Shown here one piece after another: positions 11,007 through 19,300 of a stretch of DNA of 64,000 nt. Position 1 is the stretch's first letter; every line of letters starts with the position of its first letter. The DNA lies in NCBI GenBank assembly GCA_963762565.1, contig CAVXLD010000005.1, positions 256,001 to 320,000 of the forward strand. Direction: 5' to 3'. The DNA is from an uncultured Verrucomicrobiae bacterium. GTDB lineage: Bacteria; Verrucomicrobiota; Verrucomicrobiia; Chthoniobacterales; JAFAMB01. Below the pieces are notes generated by a model. That model was given only the letters and a program-made list of their open reading frames with translations, was not told the origin of the DNA and made no database searches. Made by a program: the position numbers and the translations under genes.

Positions 11007-12409
11007 CTATCCCCGATTGCTGGCTTGGGACTGGCGAGCTTGGCGCCTTCCATCGCTTCCATTTGGGCAATGATATTTCCCAACGCTGTGGCTTCAGGCG
11101 GACCCAAAACCAACGGAAGAGCGGTTGCTTGCTCGGTAAGTCGATTCAACGTCCGGTTCTGCGAGCCGCCTCCCATAACACAGATACGCTCTATTTTCAC
11201 GCCTGCCGCCTGCTCAATGTTGCGAATCGTCTCGGCGTATGCGGCAGCTATACTCCGTACGACCGTCGACATGATTTCTCTATGCCCTGTTGGAACGGCG
11301 AATCCGTTGTCGCCACAGAACCTTTTGATTCGGTCCGTCATTTTGTCTACCATTGTTCCCGGGGCGATAAACTCTTGGGCGTTGACGTCGATTATGGATC
11401 CAATGTTTCCACTGGACTCCGCAAGCTCGGCAAATTCTTCATTTGAATAGACTACGCCCTCCGATGCCCATTCTCGCCTGCATTCCTCGACCAACCACAT
11501 TCCGGTGATAATCTTGAGTAATCGATTTGTGCCGTCGATCATTCCTTCGTTGGCGAGATTGTGCTCGAAAGAAGCCGCATTGACCACCGGACTCTCAGTG
11601 ATTAGGCCAAGCAGAGACCAGGTCCCAGAACTCAGATACGCAGTCGCCTTGTTGCTCGGCTGTTCCAAATACTTGTGGGCAGCATAGAATGAGCATGCCG
11701 TGTCATGGCACCCAGCTAGAACTACCTTTGTGTCTTTAGGGGCTTCGATTTCAGCGCACAGGTCCGGCCGCAGCTCTCCGAGAATCATGCCTGGCATGAC
11801 GATCTGGCCGAAGAGATCTAACGGAACGTCAATACGCTCAAGCAGCAGTCGCGACCATTCTCGATTCTCCCATGACATCAACTGAGACATTGATGCGATA
11901 GTATATTCGTTCGCGATTCGGCCACTTAGCCAATAGTTTAACAAATCCGGCAGCATCAAAAAATGCTTGGCCGCTCTGAAAACCTCGGGACAGCTTTGAG
12001 CGTGATCGAACAGCTGGAAAAGGGTACCTGATCGAATGAACTGAGCTCCTGTCTCCCGGTAGAAATCTCGCCTGGACACCCTTTCCAAGAGCTGATGGAC
12101 GATACTGTCCGTCCGATTGTTACGGTAGTGAAAGGGATTTTGAAGAAGGCTGCCGCTCTTATCGAGCAGGCCGTAACTTCCGCCAAAGGAATCGACTCCT
12201 ATGCTGGTGATAGAAGGGCCATGGCGCTTGAATGCTAATTTCAAGCCTTCTTTGATTTCCCGAAACATATCGAGAATGTCCCAAAACATTTCTCCGCCGG
12301 CGGCAACCCAGCGGCTCGGGAAGCGATGCACAACGTCAAAAGTCTCTCTGTTGCCGACTATGACACGACCATTGGACGCTCCAAGGTCAATAGCGATGTG
12401 TAATCTCAT
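11003..12409 (-). CDS. Rhamnulokinase/fuculokinase-like FGGY kinase
   Basis: AIDLGASNGR, HDTA, SSGTWSL, GGGSQN and EATALGN. Confidence 0.9.
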   Translation of the reverse strand: MRLHIAIDLGASNGRVIVGNRETFDVVHRFPSRWVAAGGEMFWDILDMFREIKEGLKLAFKRHGPSITSIGVDSFGGSYGLLDKSGSLLQNPFHYRNNRTDSIVHQLLERVSRRDFYRETGAQFIRSGTLFQLFDHAQSCPEVFRAAKHFLMLPDLLNYWLSGRIANEYTIASMSQLMSWENREWSRLLLERIDVPLDLFGQIVMPGMILGELRPDLCAEIEAPKDTKVVLAGCHDTACSFYAAHKYLEQPSNKATAYLSSGTWSLLGLITESPVVNAASFEHNLANEGMIDGTNRLLKIITGMWLVEECRREWASEGVVYSNEEFAELAESSGNIGSIIDVNAQEFIAPGTMVDKMTDRIKRFCGDNGFAVPTGHREIMSTVVRSIAAAYAETIRNIEQAAGVKIERICVMGGGSQNRTLNRLTEQATALPLVLGPPEATALGNIIAQMEAMEGAKLASPKPAIGDS

Positions 12410-12416
12410 GACTAGC

Positions 12417-13268
12417 CTATCCTTTGACAGCCCCGGCTATCATTCCTCTGGTCAAGTATCTCTGCATTAAGATGTAAATTACTAATACAGGAATCGTGAT
12501 CAGGGCCAAGGTAGCAAACATTACTCCCGGTCTGGCCATGAACTGACCACTGTACATCAATGGTACCAGCGTCAGCGGCTTTAGCTCGTTTCGATCGATC
12601 GTCACGAGCGCTAGCACAAACTCGTTAAACGAAGCCATAAACTGAAAAATAATTACCACTGCGATCGCTGGCCAACTGATCGGCATGACGATCCGCCAGT
12701 AAATTCCGAGCTTAGAACATCCGTCCACTTTCGCCGCCTCTTCGACCTCAAGGGGGAGACCTTCGAAGAAACTCCGGAAAATGATTAGCGCAAAGGAGGT
12801 TCCGAAGGCTGCATACGGGAAGATCAAGCCGAGATAATTGTCTAAAAGACCTAAGCTTTTGTTTACCTGAAAAAGGGGCACGATCATCGTCGGTATCGGC
12901 AACATCAACGCACTGATTAGTAAGAAGAACCAAGTCTGTTTCCAGCGAATTCGCAAACGGGCAAAGGCGTACCCGGCGAGAGATCCGAAGAGAACAACCA
13001 AAAAAACCGAAGAGCAGGCAATTATCAGGCTATTCGCCAAATGCCTGAGAATCGGGGCATCCGAAAACACGGTGCGGTAGTTGTCGAGACTAACGCCATT
13101 GATCAGCAATCCGCCAAACTTAGGCGCGCGCTGATTTGGCGGCATGAACGAGACTGCTAGCATCATCACTACTGGAACCAGCCAGACTAACGATACCAGG
13201 CCAGCAAAAATAAACCCGAATGACTTACTTAATTTTACGTTTGGCATGGACAGATTGACAGGGCTCAA
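12417..13268 (-). CDS. Carbohydrate ABC transporter permease (MalG-like)
   Basis: EEAAKVDG EAA loop; C-terminal GAVKG. Confidence 0.93.
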   Translation of the reverse strand: MSPVNLSMPNVKLSKSFGFIFAGLVSLVWLVPVVMMLAVSFMPPNQRAPKFGGLLINGVSLDNYRTVFSDAPILRHLANSLIIACSSVFLVVLFGSLAGYAFARLRIRWKQTWFFLLISALMLPIPTMIVPLFQVNKSLGLLDNYLGLIFPYAAFGTSFALIIFRSFFEGLPLEVEEAAKVDGCSKLGIYWRIVMPISWPAIAVVIIFQFMASFNEFVLALVTIDRNELKPLTLVPLMYSGQFMARPGVMFATLALITIPVLVIYILMQRYLTRGMIAGAVKG

Positions 13269-14194
13269 GTGGCGAAACGCGAGCCAAATATCTTCATCTG
13301 AAAGGCGCTTAAGCCAAGGGCCAGGAGCAACAGAATGACCGACAACGCGGACGCATAACCGACAGCCTGCAAACGGAATGCCTGGGTAAAGATGTAGTTT
13401 GGGAGCATCTCCGTCGCATGATTTGGACCGCCCTGCGTCATAACGTAAATGATGGGAAACGTTTGCAGCGTCCCGATTATCCCGAGCAGGATCAGAGTTA
13501 GATGAACGTGGCGCAACATCGGCCAGATGATGCGGGTAATGCGTTTAAACACGCCCGCGCCATCGAGAGTTCCGGCCTCCAGAATCTCCTCTGGGATTGT
13601 CTTCAGCCCCGCCACGTACAGTATCATAGAGTACCCGGTCCACTGCCAAATATTGACTACAATTACCGAGAAAATTGCGATCTTAGGGTCCGAGAGAAAT
13701 GGGATCATTAAAGCCGGGATGTGCCACGCCGCGCCGATATCCGAGAGTAATCCTCCAAACGGATTATAGATTCGTTGCCAAACGATGCCGACAACGATGG
13801 GCGAAACAATCGCGGGAAAATAAATTATCGCACGGAAGAAAGATTGGAACGGTACGCCCGAGGTTAGAATATAGGCGAGCGCGAAACCCATAATCATCTG
13901 GGCTACGATAGTTAGGGGGGCCCAATAGAGTGCATTCCGTATAGCAAGCCAGAATCCATAATCGCGTGTCAGTATCTCGATGAAGTTCTTCAACCCAACA
14001 AATGTCGCCGGATTCACCCCATCCCATTGGTACACACTTCGGAAGAAGATGGAACAGAAGGGATAAAGAACGAAAAGAGAAAACAAACTTAAGGCAGGAA
14101 TAAGGAACAGAAAATCCCAGTTCCACTTCTGCACGGTTCTCGTCCGCGGGGAATCAGGTTTGAAACCCGCGCCCGAGGATCGAGTGACCAACAT
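13265..14194 (-). CDS. Carbohydrate ABC transporter permease (MalF-like)
   Basis: FVGLKNF, EAGTLDGA loop and GGPNHAT. Confidence 0.93.
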   Translation of the reverse strand: MLVTRSSGAGFKPDSPRTRTVQKWNWDFLFLIPALSLFSLFVLYPFCSIFFRSVYQWDGVNPATFVGLKNFIEILTRDYGFWLAIRNALYWAPLTIVAQMIMGFALAYILTSGVPFQSFFRAIIYFPAIVSPIVVGIVWQRIYNPFGGLLSDIGAAWHIPALMIPFLSDPKIAIFSVIVVNIWQWTGYSMILYVAGLKTIPEEILEAGTLDGAGVFKRITRIIWPMLRHVHLTLILLGIIGTLQTFPIIYVMTQGGPNHATEMLPNYIFTQAFRLQAVGYASALSVILLLLALGLSAFQMKIFGSRFAT

Positions 14195-14241
14195 ATGCGC
14201 TATTTGTGGGAAGAAAATGCGTACGCAGGAATTCTTCCTGC

Positions 14242-15534
14242 TCAGCGAACCTTGTCAGCAGCAGTTTGGATTCGCTCCATTGCTTTTTCTGGTGACAATT
14301 CACCGGCGGCTACCGCCGCGAGGGCGTCCTCGAACGCCTGCTTTACTTGAGGTTTCTGCAACTGACGTGCGTATTTCACCTTTGGGAGCCAATCATTCAC
14401 TAACATCTGCCAAACTCGCTGCTCATTTTCCGTTTCGAACTTTTGCGGAGACAACCCCTTGACGGCGGGTAAGTCATTGAAAGTATTGATCAATGCCTGC
14501 GCGCCTGCTCCATCAATCCAGTCGGCGACAACCCTAAATGCTGCTTCCGGGTCTTTGGCGGATTTGGAAATTCCGAACATAACATCGATGCCGCCCAAGC
14601 AGTCGTCTGGCTGCCCCTTGCCCGTGACATCCGGGAAACGCATTGGCGCAAACCCGGACAGCCCCTTCGATAAAGGCGGCGGGTTGGGACGCGTGGCCTG
14701 CTGCATCCACCAGGCTCCCATGGGGAACATAGCTGCACGTCCGGCTTCGATCAGTTCCATTGATCCGGGGTAGGCGGAAAGCCCCAAAGCGCCAGGTTGG
14801 ATGATTCCATCATCAAACAATCGTTTCCACCAGTGCATGGCGGAGACAAACGGCGGATCAGTGAATTTCGCTTCACCCGCTTCGGCTTTATAGATCAATC
14901 CGGGTGTGATATTGTGGATCAGTTGCATGTAGATATCGCGCCGCATCCACCCATCGGCGGCCCCTACTAGCAAAGCGGCCTTGCCCTTCGAATGAAGGGT
15001 CTGCGCGATTTTTAATAGTTCGTCATATGTTTTGGGAGGCTGGAGATTGAGTTCTTGTAAGACCGGAACTGTGTACCAGAGGTTTATGGTCTGGGTCAGG
15101 ACGGGTAATCCGTAGAAATTCTCATCTTCTTTGGCGTTACCCAGGCGGGCCTGCTCGATGGCAATAGGATAGAACTTTTCTTTCCAGTTACTGCCCCATA
15201 CCTTCGCGGCTAAGTCCTGCAGCGGAAGTAGGAACTGCTTGTATTGCTGGGTGAGCGCGCCGGGTTCAAGACCGATGATATCCGGAAGTGAGTTACCGGC
15301 GGCTCGAGTCTGCAGATCTACAAGGTAGTCTGGATAGTTGAAGATCTCCGCCTCGATTTTGATATCTGGATTCTTTTGATTAAACGCCGCGATCATTTGA
15401 TTCGTTGTTTCGATGATCGGGCTCCAGGAACGAAAGGTAACAGTTTTCTCGGCGGCGGTTGCTGGTCTGTCACCAGCGATGAGCGCAAGGCTTAATGGTA
15501 GCAAACACCAAACATTTGTTGGCTTTTTAGGCAT
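14242..15534 (-). CDS. Carbohydrate ABC transporter substrate-binding protein
   Basis: Signal peptide, FNQKNPDIKI and PPKTYDEL; adjacent to the two permeases. Confidence 0.9.
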   Translation of the reverse strand: MPKKPTNVWCLLPLSLALIAGDRPATAAEKTVTFRSWSPIIETTNQMIAAFNQKNPDIKIEAEIFNYPDYLVDLQTRAAGNSLPDIIGLEPGALTQQYKQFLLPLQDLAAKVWGSNWKEKFYPIAIEQARLGNAKEDENFYGLPVLTQTINLWYTVPVLQELNLQPPKTYDELLKIAQTLHSKGKAALLVGAADGWMRRDIYMQLIHNITPGLIYKAEAGEAKFTDPPFVSAMHWWKRLFDDGIIQPGALGLSAYPGSMELIEAGRAAMFPMGAWWMQQATRPNPPPLSKGLSGFAPMRFPDVTGKGQPDDCLGGIDVMFGISKSAKDPEAAFRVVADWIDGAGAQALINTFNDLPAVKGLSPQKFETENEQRVWQMLVNDWLPKVKYARQLQKPQVKQAFEDALAAVAAGELSPEKAMERIQTAADKVR

Positions 15535-15585
15535 ACAACTTGTTCTGGGGGGTAGACTTTTTTAGTCCCGATAACTTTCTGTCTT

Positions 15586-16215
15586 TCAGGGAAAGGTTGG
15601 CGACGGCAGATCGTCGATTGCGGACTGGGGAAGTGGTTTGACTCCACCTAGCGCTGAGGCGGCCCATACCGTTTTAGCGTAGGCTTCAACGACTTCCAAG
15701 CGTTGATAAGCTTCTAAAACGGTCCTTCCAACCGCCGTCGCGCCGTGATTCTGAAGCAGGAAGACATTGTGCTTGCAGCAATACGGCGAGAGGGCATCCG
15801 CGAGCTTCGCGCTGGATGGACGTCCGTAGGGGACTAGTGGTATGTCACCAATTGTGGCAATGAGCTCAGGCAAGATATTTTTCGGCAACGCCTGGTGCGC
15901 GGCGGCGAACGCCGTGCAGAAGATAGGATGCCCATGTGCGACGCCGCCGACACCGGGACGTTGTCGATAAAACTGAAGATGCATGAACTTTTCAGAGGTA
16001 GGCTCGAGATCTCCTTCGAGAATCTTCCCATCGAGACTGAGTCGAACGAGCATTTCCGATTCGATCTCTCCCTTGTTCAGGCCTGAGGGCGTCACCAGGA
16101 TCGTGTCATCCTTATCGCGAGCGCTAAGGTTACCTTCGGTGCCTGCAACTAACCCTTTCGCGGCCATCAGCCGGCAACAGTCCACGAGTTCTTCACGCAG
16201 ATTGGAATGCTTCAT
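15586..16215 (-). CDS. Class II aldolase (FucA-like)
   Basis: GNLSAR, TPSG, PTSE..MH, HGH and QNHG zinc ligands. Confidence 0.92.
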   Translation of the reverse strand: MKHSNLREELVDCCRLMAAKGLVAGTEGNLSARDKDDTILVTPSGLNKGEIESEMLVRLSLDGKILEGDLEPTSEKFMHLQFYRQRPGVGGVAHGHPIFCTAFAAAHQALPKNILPELIATIGDIPLVPYGRPSSAKLADALSPYCCKHNVFLLQNHGATAVGRTVLEAYQRLEVVEAYAKTVWAASALGGVKPLPQSAIDDLPSPTFP

Positions 16216-16356
16216 AATGATTCGAATTGAATGATATTTCTAATTGTTCCGGGGACGGGTCATTCTTCCGTTGTTCGCACCTTCAGCCGAAGAAAAATCA
16301 AATCATCGGTACCCGATTGGCGGGTTGAGCCCAGGTGCCAAGCGAAAAGCTTGCGT

Positions 16357-19300
16357 TTAGGTTGGGGGATCGGTCTTGGCTGGCTTGCTCTCATCACGAA
16401 TCGGCAGCGTAAATTGAAAAACGGCGCCTCGGGATGAATCGGCGGTGGCCGATAGCCGTCCCCCGTGAGCTTCGACAATTGAACGGCTGATTGCCAGACC
16501 CATGCCAAGGCCTTGAGGCTTAGTCGTGTAGAAGGCGTCGAAAAGGCGGTCAAGATTGTTCGGATCTAGCCCTGGGCCTGAATCTCTGACCGCTATCAGT
16601 ACGTGGGTCCATTCAGCACCCGCCAGGGCCTTGTCGCCAAACCTGTCTTCCCCTCGGGTCTCGTTTATTTTCTGCGAACTGACCAACAGCTCTCGCGGAC
16701 CGTCGCCTGCTGCACTCATGGCTTCGAATGCGTTGAGCATCAGATTGAGAATCACTTGTTCCAATTGGATTCGGTCTCCCATAATGAGTGGCAAATCACT
16801 GGTAAACTGAGTTTGCAGTGTTACCCGATTCCGCTTCACTTCGCTCTGTGCGAGAATCACAGCTTCTTCAATGACTCCGTTTATATCCAATCGTTCCTTA
16901 GCCGTACTAGCCTTCTTAAAGAGAGATCGCATCCGTGAGATGACCTCGCCGGCCCGCTTTCCGTCGCGAGTAATGCGGCGGATCGCTTCACGGGCTTCGA
17001 CCAGGTCCGGTGAATCTCCAGACAACCAGCGCAAGCTGGCGTCGGCATTCGTTACGACTGCGGCCAGCGGCTGGCTGATTTCATGCGCGATTGAGGCGGT
17101 CAGTTCTCCCATCGTAGTTAGCCGACTAACATGAGCCAGGTTGGATTGCGCTTCGCGCAAGGAGACCTCCTTCTGACGCAGCTCTTTCTCCGCCCTTTTA
17201 CGCTCGGTGATGTCGATGCCCAACCCCATGATTTCAACGAGATCGCCGGATTCACTGAAAACGGGATGGCCTACTCCGTAAAGGTGCTTGATCTCGCCGT
17301 CCGGAAGAACGACTCGGAACTCGAGGTCGGAATCTCGCCCTGCACGAATTACGTCTTCGGTGTTTTCAAGCCACTTTCTCCGATCCTCGGGATGAATTCG
17401 CTGGAGAATCGCCTCAAATGGCGGGATACCTGCATTCGGATCAAATCCAAACAGGCGGTAGCGTTCCTGCGACCAGTGGGTGACCTCTTTCGTTGCGGGA
17501 TTCAAGGCCCAACTGCCGCTTTTACTCAGCGCCTCCGCTTCCGTTAAGTAGGCCTCGCTACGCCGCACGGCGGCTTCTGCGCGGAGCCGCTCGCTGATCT
17601 CACGCTCGAGCCTTGCGTTGGCGCGGCTTAGCTCTGAGTACAATCGGGCATGGTCCAACGAGATCGCAGCCTGAGAGGCCAACAGCTCCAGCATGGCTAC
17701 CCGCTTTGGAGTAAACACCCTGGGCGCTAGATTGTTCTCCAAATAAAGAACGCTTATCAGCTTCGATTGTTTGAGCAGCGGCAGGCAAAGAACCGATTTG
17801 GGATGTCTCTGCCGGAGGTACTCATCCTCTGAAAACAGGGTATGGGTGGACGCATCATCCAGAATGACCTTCTCTTGGCTTCGAATCACATAGCGCAAGA
17901 GCGACTCGGGCAGCTCAGATGAGGACACTGGTGTCTGTCGCAGCCGAACATCCACTTGGCAAGCGCCCGGCCCGATTTCGGCCTCAATCCGATACTGCTC
18001 ACCATCCGGCAGAACCAGAAGACCGCGCTCAGCGCCCGCGTGCTCAATAGCTGTGCGCATCAGTGTGTCGATTAGTTTCTCCAGGACGATCTCGCTCGAC
18101 ACTGTTTGCGAGACTTTGATAACGGTAGCCAGGTCCAGATGTTCGACCGATGCACCGATCGTGCTGGTGGGAGCGGGAACTGGCTCTTCCTCCCTGAGAT
18201 GCGGATATAGTTCGTCGAGTTGCTGCACCTTCCCATCGGCTCCCCAGCGGAGGTAGCCGTACCGAGCGTCATGGAAATACGCGTTTGCTATCCTTTCGAA
18301 ACCGCGCGCGACGTAAAAGCGAGCGGCGAGCTCGTTAGCGATGGCCTCATTGTGGACAAAGCCGTTGTCGCGGGCCGAGCGGATGGCCTGTTCGTATAGC
18401 TGCTCGGCGTCGAGCACGCGGCCTTCGAGGCGAGCGATCTCAGCGCTCACCAGCGCCGCGCGGTTTGCAAAATTCTCCGGGCAATTCTCCGCCCAGGTTT
18501 CGAGCTGCTGCTGATGTTCAGCCAGGACCTTTAAATGCTCCTCCTTCGCCAAGGCTATGGAGGACAAGTCGCCTTTGCTATCCGCCGTTTCGGAATCGGA
18601 TAGGGCAGCCCGAGCTAGGGCGCTATAGAAGTGATACTCCGCCGATTCGAAAAACGATAGTGATGTCCAAAGCAACCGTTGCCCCTTCAGTGAAGCATCG
18701 ACAGCCGAAGCATAGTCCCCGGCAAAGAAGCGAGCTTGCAGCTTCCGGATCCAATACCAACACTCCGGCAGTGCTAATGCAGGGTGACTTGCCAAGTGGC
18801 GCTCGAATTGACACTCCTCAAACTCACCCTCGTCAAAGGAACCGAATCTCGACGTCAGCCCGCGAAGGGTCCGGATAAGTCCGAGCTGAGCAGTAATGAC
18901 GTCACTGACCCGACCGAACCGAGCCTTCTGGGCAAACTCGAGAGCATGCTCAGCTTGGCGCTGCGCCTCAACCAGTGGATCGCCCGCTGCCAGCAAGTTT
19001 GTATTTAGGTTGTCGCCGCTGTACGCTGCAAATGTTAGATCGCCGACTTTGTTTGCGGCCTCAAACGCCCGACGGATCAGGTCTCGGCAGGCACTGACAT
19101 GTTTCGTCCATGGTACGACAAATTGGGCGAACCAGTGATAGGTACGAGCCTGGAATCGCTCCAACCCACGTTTCTCGACCAGTTCATAGCCGAGCTGACC
19201 GAATCGAAATCCCGCTTTATAGTCGCCAAAATGCGGTCCGGCTATCTTGCCGAAGAACACATACGCGACGCACGAGCCGTCGCCATGGCCTCGTTCCAGG

